From NCBI GenBank assembly GCA_048885925.1, contig JBHLLG010000008.1, positions 1 through 64,000 on the forward strand: 64,000 bases of DNA, written 5' to 3'. The stretch comes from Candidatus Hermodarchaeota archaeon. Its GTDB lineage: Archaea > Asgardarchaeota > Lokiarchaeia > Sigyniarchaeales > SOKP01. Shown in pieces: positions 8,881-19,058 of the stretch. The notes beneath the pieces are model-generated. The model saw only the letters and a program-made list of their open reading frames with translations, searched no databases and had not been told where the DNA came from. Positions within the stretch are counted from its first letter, which is position 1. Each line of letters starts with the position of its first letter. The position numbers and the translations under genes were made by a program.

Positions 8881-11661
8881 ATGGTTGAATATAATGCTCA
8901 GAAAATAGAAAAGAAATGGCAAGAAAAGTGGGAAAAGGATAAAATTTTTGAAACTAAAGAAGATCCAAATAAAAGTAAGTATTATGTACTAGAAATGTAT
9001 CCTTATCCCTCATCAGCCCTTCATATGGGTCATCTTCGTAATTATTCTATCGGTGATTCATATGCGAGATATAAAAGGATGATGGGTTTTAATGTGCTAT
9101 ATCCAATGGGATATGACTCATTTGGATTACCCGCGGAAAATGCTGCAATAGATCATGGAGCTAATCCTGAGGAATGGACTAACTCGAATATAAAAGCAAT
9201 TATTAGTCAGCAAAAACGTTTAGGACTTTCTTACGATTGGACTCGCCTTATATACAGCCATTCTATTAACTACTACAAATGGGATCAATGGTTATTTCTT
9301 AAATTTTTTGAAAAAGGGCTTGCCTATAGAGAAAATAGCTATGTAAATTGGTGTTCTAAGTGTAGCACAGTTTTAGCAAATGAACAAGTATTAGGAGGAA
9401 GATGTTGGCGCTGTAGCGAAGTAGTAGAACAAAGATTCTTAACACAATGGTTTTTAAGAATAAGAGCATATGCAGAAGAGTTACTTGATGGTTTGAGTTT
9501 TCTAGATTGGCCAGAAAAGGTTAAAACTATGCAACAAAATTGGATTGGTCGCTCTGAAGGAAGTATTATTCAATTTCCTATTAAAGGTGAAAAAAGAACT
9601 ATAGACATTTTTACTACAAGACCTGATACTCTTTTTGGTGCTACTTTTATGGTTTTTGCCCCAGAACACCCCTGGGTTAGAGAATGGATAAAAGGAACTG
9701 AATATGAGTTTGAATTTGAGGAATTATATGATGAAGTGATGAAACAAAATAGATTTGAAAGAACTGATATTGAAATAGAGAAGAAAGGCTTGTTTATTGG
9801 CAAATATGCAATAAATCCTATAACAAATGAAGAAATTCCAATTTACATTAGTAATTTTGTGATATATGAATATGGTGCTGGAGCAGTTATGGCGGTTCCT
9901 GCTCATGATCAACGAGATTTTGAATTTGCTAAAAAATTTAATATTCCGATCAGGATTGTAATACAACCATTTAGTTTTGAATTAAAATTGGAAAATATGA
10001 CTAGAGCTTATGAAGGGAATGGCATATTAATTAATTCGGGAGAATTTAATGATATGGAAAGCAGCTCTGCTATCAATGCAATTACTAAAAAATTAGAAGA
10101 GATGGGAATGGGTAAAAAAACAATAAATTATAAATTGAGGGATTGGTTAATTTCTCGCCAACGCTATTGGGGTTGCCCAATTCCAATAATTTATTGTGAT
10201 AAATGTGGAATAGTTCCAGTTCCTTATGAAGATTTGCCAGTAATATTACCTAAAGATGTTAAATTCACAGGTAAAGGAAATCCCTTAGAGACAAGTGATA
10301 ATTTTATAAATACTACATGTCCTATATGTGGGAATTTGAGTAAACGTGAAACAGATACAATGGATACTTTTGTAGATAGTGCTTGGTACTTTTTACGTTT
10401 TGCTGATCCCTTTTCAAAAGAATTACCCTATAGAAAAAAAATTGTCGATTATTGGATGAATGTTGATCAATACATTGGTGGTATTGAACATGCTATATTA
10501 CATTTACTTTATGCAAGATTCTTCACTAAAGTTTCAAGAGATCTTGATCTTCATACAAATGATGAACCATTCCAACGTCTTTTGACACAAGGAATGATAA
10601 ATAAAATTCATCCATATTGTACAACATGTTCAACATTTGCGGTTAAAACAGAAATGAACAATGAAAACTGTAATAGATGCGGCACAAAATATATATTAAA
10701 AAGTGTGAAAATGAGTAAAAGTCTGGGTAATACAGTAGATCCATCTGGAATAATGAAAAATTATGGAGCAGACGCCGCAAGATTTTTTATTTTATTCGGT
10801 GCCAGTCCAGAATCAGGATTAGAATGGTCAGATGAAGGTGTAGATTTTGCTTTCAGATTTATAAAAAATATATTTCACTTGTTAACTGAAACTCCTGAGG
10901 CTGTACGAAAATCATCTAATGTTCAAGATACCTTCATTAAATATTACTTAAACAGAACTATTAAAGATGTAAGTGAAAATATGGAAAAACTAGAGATAAG
11001 GACTGCTGTCAATAGTATTATTCAGTTTACTTCAGAATTAAGTAAGTATAAAAGTGATAATGTTAAAAAAGAAATTTTTGAAGAATGTCAGGAAAAATTA
11101 ACCAAATTACTCCATCCTATAGCACCTCATGTAACCGAGGAAATTTGGGAAATAATTGGCAAAAAAAGGTATATAAGTTTAACTTCATGGCCTACTTATG
11201 ATAATAAATTACTCACAGAAGAATATGAATTCAAATGGAAATTATTAAATAATATTTTAGAAGACATTGGCAATATAAAATTAGCAATGAAAAAAAAATC
11301 GTTGGAGAATATTTCAATAATTATTGCCGATGATTGGAAATTAAAATTCTATAATCAACTTATGAAATTATTAGAAAACACTAAAAATCAAGGTGAAATA
11401 ATGAAAAATCTAACTCAAGATAATGATTTTAAAAGACATGGAAAACTCATCAATCAATTTATTACCAAAATTTTAAAGAATATTGGAAAATATTCAAAGT
11501 TTACAATGATTTCTGAAGCTGAATTTGAATTTTTCAAACAAATTAAACCAATTATCGAAAAGAAATTTCAATCGAAGGTAACAATTATTCTTGAAAAGAA
11601 TTCAACGGAAAAAAAAGCAGGTCAAGCTCTCCCTGGAAGGCCAGCGATCATTATTTCTTAG
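8881..11661 (+). CDS. leuS: Leucyl-tRNA synthetase (bacterial-type core, archaeal-type C-terminus)
   Basis: [45 protein letters not shown]. Confidence 0.96.
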   Translation: MVEYNAQKIEKKWQEKWEKDKIFETKEDPNKSKYYVLEMYPYPSSALHMGHLRNYSIGDSYARYKRMMGFNVLYPMGYDSFGLPAENAAIDHGANPEEWTNSNIKAIISQQKRLGLSYDWTRLIYSHSINYYKWDQWLFLKFFEKGLAYRENSYVNWCSKCSTVLANEQVLGGRCWRCSEVVEQRFLTQWFLRIRAYAEELLDGLSFLDWPEKVKTMQQNWIGRSEGSIIQFPIKGEKRTIDIFTTRPDTLFGATFMVFAPEHPWVREWIKGTEYEFEFEELYDEVMKQNRFERTDIEIEKKGLFIGKYAINPITNEEIPIYISNFVIYEYGAGAVMAVPAHDQRDFEFAKKFNIPIRIVIQPFSFELKLENMTRAYEGNGILINSGEFNDMESSSAINAITKKLEEMGMGKKTINYKLRDWLISRQRYWGCPIPIIYCDKCGIVPVPYEDLPVILPKDVKFTGKGNPLETSDNFINTTCPICGNLSKRETDTMDTFVDSAWYFLRFADPFSKELPYRKKIVDYWMNVDQYIGGIEHAILHLLYARFFTKVSRDLDLHTNDEPFQRLLTQGMINKIHPYCTTCSTFAVKTEMNNENCNRCGTKYILKSVKMSKSLGNTVDPSGIMKNYGADAARFFILFGASPESGLEWSDEGVDFAFRFIKNIFHLLTETPEAVRKSSNVQDTFIKYYLNRTIKDVSENMEKLEIRTAVNSIIQFTSELSKYKSDNVKKEIFEECQEKLTKLLHPIAPHVTEEIWEIIGKKRYISLTSWPTYDNKLLTEEYEFKWKLLNNILEDIGNIKLAMKKKSLENISIIIADDWKLKFYNQLMKLLENTKNQGEIMKNLTQDNDFKRHGKLINQFITKILKNIGKYSKFTMISEAEFEFFKQIKPIIEKKFQSKVTIILEKNSTEKKAGQALPGRPAIIIS

Positions 11662-11824
11662 ATTATATCTTCTATTAAAAATAAATCATATTATTTTCAA
11701 GTATCAATTTATTCACTGTTTATTAACTTAAGATTAAATAAAATATTATAAATTTGAATACTTTAAATTTGTTAGAAAATGCGTTTAATTAAATTCTAAA
11801 CATAAAATTATAATTCTTAATTAT

Positions 11825-12694
11825 ATGACTATTTACGAAATTAGCATTATCTCTACTACTGGATTTCCATATTTTAATTCATTGATTAAATCTATCCCAG
11901 AAGGTGTAAAACTATTTTTAAGATTCTTTGATTTTTCAGAAAATGTTGCTATTGCTCAAGATCATTTAGATTTAGAATCAAAATTCGATCTTACTGCAGG
12001 ATTGATTTCTGCTCTATTTGAATTTGCGAGAAATATTGACAAAAAAATAGAATTATTACAATTTAAACCTAAAAAAGAAAAAAATTTCATAAAAGTTAAT
12101 GAGGAAAAAATTAAAAATTTCGGAGATGTGTTAATAACCGTTCAGACTGAATCATTTTTGCTTCACAAATCAGTTAAAGAAAAGATAAGACTAATCTATA
12201 ATAATTATATCAATTCTAAACTTCCTCTTGATGCTGCAGAAAATATTTATGAAAATGATGAAAATAAAATAATAGATATTTTAACAGACTTAAAAGCTAA
12301 AGAAAAACTCTCAAAGCATAAAAATGAACTCAAACATATGGCTAACGATTTTTTAAATGAAATGAAAGATTATGGTTTATGGGGTATATGCATATCTTCA
12401 TTTGACCTATCTCCTATTATTTCGTTTGGAAAAAAATATTCATTAGAAAATGTATATGATATTTTAAGGCATATAGGATATATTCCTGAGATACCTCCAT
12501 TGGAATGGATTTATAGGCAATCATTCTTTTCTAATGAATCGATTCAAGTTTGTATCATAAAATCAGATGTGGGACCAACGGTTGAAGATATCTTATTCGA
12601 ACCCTACTTCTATTTACTATTTGCAGATCCTCAGAGTTATTTTGGGGAGTTTCCTTCAAAGCTTACTTCTGCTTTCAATAAGATTCTAAGTTAA
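11825..12694 (+). CDS. Hypothetical protein with probable N-terminal longin-like domain
   Basis: IYEISIISTTGFPYF beta-hairpin followed by DLTAGLISALFEFA helix, a longin-type pattern. Confidence 0.55.
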   Translation: MTIYEISIISTTGFPYFNSLIKSIPEGVKLFLRFFDFSENVAIAQDHLDLESKFDLTAGLISALFEFARNIDKKIELLQFKPKKEKNFIKVNEEKIKNFGDVLITVQTESFLLHKSVKEKIRLIYNNYINSKLPLDAAENIYENDENKIIDILTDLKAKEKLSKHKNELKHMANDFLNEMKDYGLWGICISSFDLSPIISFGKKYSLENVYDILRHIGYIPEIPPLEWIYRQSFFSNESIQVCIIKSDVGPTVEDILFEPYFYLLFADPQSYFGEFPSKLTSAFNKILS

Positions 12695-12763
12695 ATTATA
12701 TAATATACAAAAAAATGGAATTAATTATTTAAATACTAAAATAAAACTAAAAAGAAAAAGAAA

Positions 12764-13534
12764 TTATTTGATTATTTTATCAGCAGCAGTTATTATTTGA
12801 TATAAAGAATTTGCTTGAAGTGAAGCACCTCCAACTAAACCACCATCGATATTCTCCTTTTTAAATAAATCTCCTGCATTATCAGGGTTAATAGATCCTC
12901 CATATTGTATCCTTATATAGTTAGCAGTATCTTTATCGAACTTTTGAATTATAAGATCTCGAATAAAAATATGAATTTCTTCCGCTTGCTCTGGAGTAGC
13001 AGTTTTTCCAGTTCCTATCGCCCAAATAGGTTCATATGCGATAGTAGTTTTCATTATCTGCTCTTTTGTAAGATTTTTAAATGTTAAGTTCATTTGATAT
13101 TCAATAATTTCTTTTGTTTTTCCTGCTACTCTTTCCTCTAAATGCTCTCCAATACATACAATGGGTTTTAAATCCCAAGACAAGGCTTTTATAAGTTTTT
13201 TATTAATTAAAGTATCCGGTTCATTAAATATGTCTCTTCTTTCACTATGACCAAGAATTATATATTCTACACCAATTTCTTTTAAAAATTTAGGTGAAAT
13301 CTCGCCTGTATATGCTCCTTTATCTTCACAATACATATTTTGTGCTCCTAATTTGATGTTGGTATTCTTTAAAATCTCATATACATTAGTTAGAGCTGTA
13401 AAAGGAGGTGCAATCATCATATCAACTTTTTTTATTCTCTCAACAAGGGGAATAAATTTATCTAACATCTCTTTTGATTCATTAGGACTCCCCCTGTTCA
13501 TCTTCCAATTCCCCCCTATTATGAGTTTTCTCAA
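12764..13534 (-). CDS. tpiA: Triosephosphate isomerase, bacterial/eukaryotic type; probable TTG start at 13534
   Basis: GGNWKMN, LGHSERR, AYEPIWAIGTG, YGGSI, GGLVGGASL; GAGGT SD upstream of TTG. Confidence 0.96.
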   Translation of the reverse strand: MRKLIIGGNWKMNRGSPNESKEMLDKFIPLVERIKKVDMMIAPPFTALTNVYEILKNTNIKLGAQNMYCEDKGAYTGEISPKFLKEIGVEYIILGHSERRDIFNEPDTLINKKLIKALSWDLKPIVCIGEHLEERVAGKTKEIIEYQMNLTFKNLTKEQIMKTTIAYEPIWAIGTGKTATPEQAEEIHIFIRDLIIQKFDKDTANYIRIQYGGSINPDNAGDLFKKENIDGGLVGGASLQANSLYQIITAADKIIK

Positions 13535-13668
13535 TTTACATAACCTCAACAATATCATAAATGTGAAATAATTAAATTTTTAGTATAATACTATTATAGA
13601 ATAAGTCCATAAAATTGTAATGAAAATTAATAGAAATGATTAAATATAAAAGATTAATTAAAACAAAA

Positions 13669-14172
13669 TTATTCTATTTTTGGCAGTTTTTGTGATAATT
13701 TTGTTGCTTCTAATAATTTCTGTACTTCATTTGTGTCAGGAGCTATTATTCCTGGTAATCCTAACTGAGTTCGTCTCCTTTCTATCGCAGGTTGCATCGG
13801 TATAGCTTTTCCATGCTCTAAAACAGTTGAGGCTTGACCTGTGTAATGATTTGGGGCTTCTCCACGCTCAACACTCATATTTTTTAGAATTGTAAAGATC
13901 TCTGTAAGTTCAACCTTCTGAGGGCAAACTTCATCACATGTATCACACACAGTGCACCCCCAAATATTAAAAGTATTTTCTGGACCAAATATTTTTTCTT
14001 TTAATCCCAATAATGCATCGAGTATTAATCTTCTTGGATTATACCTACCTTCAGTAACTTGTGCTACAGGACACGCACCACTACAAGTTGCACATTGATA
14101 ACAATATGCAAGTGTAGTACCAATATCATTACCTAGAATTTGGTTTCTGAAATTAAAATCTATAGTTGCCAT
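13669..14172 (-). CDS. hdrC: Heterodisulfide reductase subunit C (2x[4Fe-4S]); start probably MATIDF
   Basis: CYQCATCSGACP, YNPRRLI, IWGCTVCDTCDEVCPQ. Confidence 0.88.
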   Translation of the reverse strand: MATIDFNFRNQILGNDIGTTLAYCYQCATCSGACPVAQVTEGRYNPRRLILDALLGLKEKIFGPENTFNIWGCTVCDTCDEVCPQKVELTEIFTILKNMSVERGEAPNHYTGQASTVLEHGKAIPMQPAIERRRTQLGLPGIIAPDTNEVQKLLEATKLSQKLPKIE

Positions 14173-14415
14173 TTGAAGTGATCGGTTTATCTTTATAATA
14201 TATATATTGTATAACTTATTGTTAATTTTAAAATTATTTCTTTTGATTTTAAGTATTTCAAGAGATATTAATTTTATAATCAAATGTTTTTATATCAAGT
14301 TTTATTAAACCTTTTTTATTGACTAATTGAAATTAATAAAAGTAATTAAATATTTATTCTCACAATAATATTAAAAAAGAATACTCTAAAGTAAATAATT
14401 TAAAATTGAAATGGT

Positions 14416-14772
14416 ATGACAAATATAGAAGAACTTAAAGAGTTTAGTCTCGAAATTTCTGAGGATATGAAAGAAGGGAAAGTAATTGTAGATATTTATA
14501 CAACATGGTGTGGACCTTGTCGAAATTTTAGTCCTATTTTAGAAAAATTAAGTCAGGAAGGATTAATAAAATTATTAAAAGAAGATCTCGAAAAAAATCG
14601 ACCTCTCGGTGAAAAATTTGGAATAACATCAATACCCACTTTACTCTTGTTTAAAAATGGTAAAATGATAAATCACCCTATAGAATGTGAAGGTTATCTT
14701 TATGCAAGAAATGGAATAATGGTCGGGAGCACTAGTGAGCGAATTATGCGAGAAATTATTGAAAAAATGTAA
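14416..14772 (+). CDS. trxA: Thioredoxin
   Basis: WCGPC active site and SIPT cis-Pro loop. Confidence 0.9.
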   Translation: MTNIEELKEFSLEISEDMKEGKVIVDIYTTWCGPCRNFSPILEKLSQEGLIKLLKEDLEKNRPLGEKFGITSIPTLLLFKNGKMINHPIECEGYLYARNGIMVGSTSERIMREIIEKM

Positions 14773-14981
14773 ATAAATTATTTTTATTGAAAAAAAAATT
14801 CTTTTTCCAAAATTCTTTTTTCTTTAAATTGGTTATGTCTGGATTAAGAAATATAGATTGTAAATTTTTACTCTATAAAAATTTGAATTTCATACAAATA
14901 ATCGATGAATTGAAATAAAAATTTTTTATTTAATGAATTTTTTTCAATATTTAATTTAATCTCAGATTTCAAAATAGAAAT

Positions 14982-15494
14982 ATGAAATTTACTAGGAAAG
15001 AATTAATAGAGACGGATGCAACAATGAATCAAATGAGAAATGCCGTCTATATATTAGTAAGATTAATGGAAAAAAATGGAATAAAAGAACTAAAAGAAAA
15101 TTTTAGAAAAATGGGAAGAAATATTGCAAGAACTTACATTAACTATTGGAAACCTATAGAAGTCATTACACTTAAGAATTTGAAGGATGTTATAACAACA
15201 ATATACCAAAAAGTATTAAACAGTACTGTTTCCATAGAAATCAACGAATTAGAAAAAGAAATTAATATACAAGATTACAAATGTGCGCTATGTAAGTATC
15301 ATCATGATGATTTAGAAATTGCTGGATGTGAAATACTATTAGGAATGATATCTGAATTTATTCTTCTTATTAATCAGAAATCTTATAATTCATCATCAAT
15401 TTTCTTAGAACCACATATAATTAAGGAATCCAGAGCTTTTGGCGATAAATCTTGTATTCAAACATTTAAATATAAAACTGGGACGGAGGGATAG
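14982..15494 (+). CDS. V4R/TRAPP(Bet3)-like protein
   Basis: FRKMGRNIA helix, C..C...GCEILLGMI..F...C pattern of the V4R/Bet3 fold. Confidence 0.6.
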   Translation: MKFTRKELIETDATMNQMRNAVYILVRLMEKNGIKELKENFRKMGRNIARTYINYWKPIEVITLKNLKDVITTIYQKVLNSTVSIEINELEKEINIQDYKCALCKYHHDDLEIAGCEILLGMISEFILLINQKSYNSSSIFLEPHIIKESRAFGDKSCIQTFKYKTGTEG

Positions 15495-15496
15495 AT

Positions 15497-16969
15497 CTGG
15501 GGGCATTTCAGTGGTTAATGAAGAAAATTACTAAAGTATTTGGAAGAACTACTAACGCTTTATTTTATACACTTCTTTATAGAGAACTACTCAATGAAGT
15601 TAATAATATTACTAATAATGAAGAGGATAGCCTTATTATTCTAAGGGAAATTGGAAAAAAAGCAGCAATAGAATCATGTGAACGTCATTCAAGTATATTC
15701 AAATTTATGCCTGGAAATCCTAAAAAAGTTTTAGATTATTTCGAAATTCTATGGGTTGTTGTTTTTGGAAGGGAATTAGAGGAATATAGTTATGAAGAGA
15801 TTCCTAAAGAAGGCTCAAAATTTAATGATTACGTTTTAAAAATCAAGAAATGTCCTGTTTGTGCTGGTTATGGTTCTGATAGTGAAGATACTTTTAAATT
15901 TGATAAATTAAAAAATAAGGAAACAGAAGGATTAGCTTGTGGTCTTTGTGGAATGTTGGAAACTGTTGCTAATTATATTTTAAAAATTAAAAGAAATGAC
16001 TACAGAATTCAAATATTTGAGCAAGAATGCATTGCTAAAGGTGGAGATTCTCTACAATTTATTTGCAAAATCCACGATTATAAAGAATGGAAAGAACTGA
16101 TGGACTCAAAAATTAGAAAGAAATCAGTATTAAGTACTTATTTTAAAGAGACAATGGTAGAAGAAGAGATAGTTCAAGAAACCAAACTTGATATTGTAGA
16201 TAAGCTTCAAGATGTTATTTCAATTGACAAATTAGAAGAATATCTTGATGAACCATTAGAAGTTATAAAAGAAAAAGTTTCTGACTTTATTAGAGATAAG
16301 ATGAACATGGAATCCCAACATTTCTTCGACTATTTTAGAAATTATGAAGACGATATGATTAGAATTATCGGATATTTAGGAATTCATCTTTTGAATGAAT
16401 ATGGTGGCTTACTAGGAAAATCTCTTAAGAATGAATGGTTTGCAAAAATTTTTGGATATCTGTTTAAACAATTAAAAGAGATGACATTATTATTTATCCC
16501 ACTTGATGTTATTCGAGATTATAATGAATTATTGGTAAATTTTCTAGAAGGTATCGCACCACCAGAAATGGTTGATAATGTTAAAAGATTTACAGGCAAA
16601 AACACTATAACCTATTTTTTTGAAGGGGCTCAAATTGCCTTGGAAAATCTAGGTATTAATTTTTATGAATTGAAGGAAAATGTTTGGGAAGAACTGAAAA
16701 CAGAACGTGAAAATGGGTTGATATCCTCTGAAACATCTGCTATTGAAAGAACTCGAGAGAAAGTGCCTCAGATTATTAACATCCTTCAACAATTTCTAAT
16801 GATAATCAGCGATATACTTACCTTACCTGTCAGAGTTTTAATATCAGAATCTCATTATGGATTAAAAACAGCCATCAACTCTGTTGTATCGGAAGAAGAA
16901 GGCTTATACGGCTCGATAAAAGAAAGATTTGATACAATCTTTGATCAGATTCAAGAAATAAGGAAATAA
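15497..16969 (+). CDS. Bet3/V4R-like N-terminal domain plus about 290 aa helical C-terminus; probable CTG start at 15497 (first ATG 15518)
   Basis: ALFYTLLYRELL...LREIGKKAA, LWVVVFG, CPVC, ACGLCGML, ECIAKG...C; GGAGGG 6 nt before CTG. Confidence 0.6.
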   Translation: MGAFQWLMKKITKVFGRTTNALFYTLLYRELLNEVNNITNNEEDSLIILREIGKKAAIESCERHSSIFKFMPGNPKKVLDYFEILWVVVFGRELEEYSYEEIPKEGSKFNDYVLKIKKCPVCAGYGSDSEDTFKFDKLKNKETEGLACGLCGMLETVANYILKIKRNDYRIQIFEQECIAKGGDSLQFICKIHDYKEWKELMDSKIRKKSVLSTYFKETMVEEEIVQETKLDIVDKLQDVISIDKLEEYLDEPLEVIKEKVSDFIRDKMNMESQHFFDYFRNYEDDMIRIIGYLGIHLLNEYGGLLGKSLKNEWFAKIFGYLFKQLKEMTLLFIPLDVIRDYNELLVNFLEGIAPPEMVDNVKRFTGKNTITYFFEGAQIALENLGINFYELKENVWEELKTERENGLISSETSAIERTREKVPQIINILQQFLMIISDILTLPVRVLISESHYGLKTAINSVVSEEEGLYGSIKERFDTIFDQIQEIRK

Positions 16970-17004
16970 TATTATTTCTCTCAATCTTTTCTCTAATTAA
17001 GTTA

Positions 17005-18447
17005 TTAAATTGCTTCTATTTTTTCCTTCTTGATTCCTTCATTGATATAGATTTCATAAAACCAATCTACAATGTATTGAAAGAAAAATCGTTCACGAAG
17101 CACATCATAATGCGATTTACCTTTCAAGCTTGTTAATTTTGCGATGTCCTCAGATTTAATTTTATTTTCTACTACTAAATTCATTCTTGTAATAAATTGA
17201 TCCTTTAATTGAATCCTTCTAAGAATGATAGAAATAGCTGCTGAAATCTTATTAATTAAACTATGAAGCTCAGATTTATGATTATACTGAATTTCATCAA
17301 CTTGTTTAAGAAAAGATTTGACCTTTTTTAATATTGGTTCTTTTTTATAATAATTAATTAATTCATTTTGATTGAGAATTGCTGATAGATGTTTTAGAAT
17401 ACTGGTCTTGACTTGCTCATCAATTCTATAATTATTCAATTCTTTTTCTAATTCAATTAAAAACTTTCTTTTTAAATATTGTTTATACTTAATGATAATC
17501 GCCATAGATTCTCTTTGGTCTGAACATATTTCAATCACCTCCCCTTTTGGAGTAGAATATGTAAAACCTAATCCTTGCGGTCCTAAACCTCCAAGTAGAA
17601 CCATTGAAAGACTATAAAAATTATAATTTTTCTCCATTAATATTTTATTTAAATTTTTTATGATGTTGTTCGGTGAAACAAAATGTTTTTTAATCACATA
17701 CTGCTTATGTTCCTCTTCTGTGTAATTATAAAACATACTATAATCGTGAGTCATATTAAATTCGATAAATCCTTTTTCCTTAGTATTTAATAATTCTTCT
17801 TTCTTTAACTGCTCTTCACTATAGGGATAATTTTTTTTAAAAATTTTTATAAATTTGGCAATAGAGCCTAAATTTCTAATAATTAGACCATAAATCGTGT
17901 ATTCGTCAAAAAAAACATTTTTTATATAATATACTAATTTATCTCGATCGGGAAAAAAGGAAATTGGACTTTTAATAAAATAATTGTACAAATCTTTGGG
18001 CATTACATCATAAATATATAATATAAATGAATTCGATACTTTTCCAAATAAATCATTTAAATTTGCTAAAAATAAAGTGTCTTTCTTGAGATTTCTGATT
18101 TTTTTTTTTTCTAAAATGCTTATATCTTTTTCTAATAAATTGTATTTCACACAAAATTTTAAAATTTTAATAATTTCTCCTAATGCTGAAATTTGATATC
18201 CATTAGCTACTCTATCTATACAGTTTAAAAACAATTTTGAAATGATATTAAAACGATTTGGTACTTTTTTAATATCGATAAAAATGTCGAAATCAACTGA
18301 TGCATTAAATAACAATTCAAAAGTTTTGAATTGTCCCGCTTTAAGACATTTCCTAAGTTTTTCGTAATATGAATTCTCAAATACCTTTTTGTTTTTTATC
18401 TTTAATAATTCAGTTTTAAACTCGATAAAAAGTTGATTTTTTTTCAT
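17005..18447 (-). CDS. Conserved-looking hypothetical protein
   Basis: 480 aa ORF with Gly-rich LLGGLGPQGLGFTYSTPKGE segment. Confidence 0.7.
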   Translation of the reverse strand: MKKNQLFIEFKTELLKIKNKKVFENSYYEKLRKCLKAGQFKTFELLFNASVDFDIFIDIKKVPNRFNIISKLFLNCIDRVANGYQISALGEIIKILKFCVKYNLLEKDISILEKKKIRNLKKDTLFLANLNDLFGKVSNSFILYIYDVMPKDLYNYFIKSPISFFPDRDKLVYYIKNVFFDEYTIYGLIIRNLGSIAKFIKIFKKNYPYSEEQLKKEELLNTKEKGFIEFNMTHDYSMFYNYTEEEHKQYVIKKHFVSPNNIIKNLNKILMEKNYNFYSLSMVLLGGLGPQGLGFTYSTPKGEVIEICSDQRESMAIIIKYKQYLKRKFLIELEKELNNYRIDEQVKTSILKHLSAILNQNELINYYKKEPILKKVKSFLKQVDEIQYNHKSELHSLINKISAAISIILRRIQLKDQFITRMNLVVENKIKSEDIAKLTSLKGKSHYDVLRERFFFQYIVDWFYEIYINEGIKKEKIEAI

Positions 18448-18521
18448 AACGTGGTTATCAATTCAAAGGAAATTTTAAAAATCAAAACGATGTACAAAAA
18501 AACCTATACAAGTAAATTAAA

Positions 18522-18893
18522 TTAATCTAATAATTCCGCTATTCTATTCGATACACTTTGAATGTTTAAAAAAACCATACCAAGTGAAGCCTCAGATTTT
18601 GCTAAGGTACATAAAATTGCATTGGAACCCGCTTTTGATAAAATTATTATTCCATCAACGCCCTCAATGAGAATCCGTTTCAGATCTCCACGAGCGAGTT
18701 CTTCCACAGCGCGTTCAGATACACTAAGAATTGCTGCACTCATAGCACTTACTATTCCATCATTAACATCTCTCGATAGAACAGAACAAATAGGAAGACC
18801 TTGCACACTTACTATTGCGGAGCCTTGAATATCAGAGTTAACGGCTTCCATTCGCCTTAAAAGGTCAATGAGTTCACTGATGTTTTCACTCAA
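18522..18893 (-). CDS. Roadblock/LC7 (MglB-like) protein (TTG start)
   Basis: GSAIVSVQGLPICS, VSAMSAAILSVSER, ILIEGVDG, ASLGMVFL. Confidence 0.9.
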   Translation of the reverse strand: MSENISELIDLLRRMEAVNSDIQGSAIVSVQGLPICSVLSRDVNDGIVSAMSAAILSVSERAVEELARGDLKRILIEGVDGIIILSKAGSNAILCTLAKSEASLGMVFLNIQSVSNRIAELLD

Positions 18894-19058
18894 AGATTTA
18901 TCAACTTGAATAAATAGTAGGTTAATGATCTAATAAGATAATAATATTATAATGTTATTTTTATTTTTAATTTTAATCTAAATTTAATTTTAACTTTATT
19001 AATAAAGTTAATACATATTTAAAAAATATTTTTATCAAAAACCGTATTAGTAATTTTA

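Noticed and set aside
13669-14772. Selenocysteine read-through in hdrC or thioredoxin
   Set aside because: All motif positions are Cys and the ORFs are complete without an in-frame TGA
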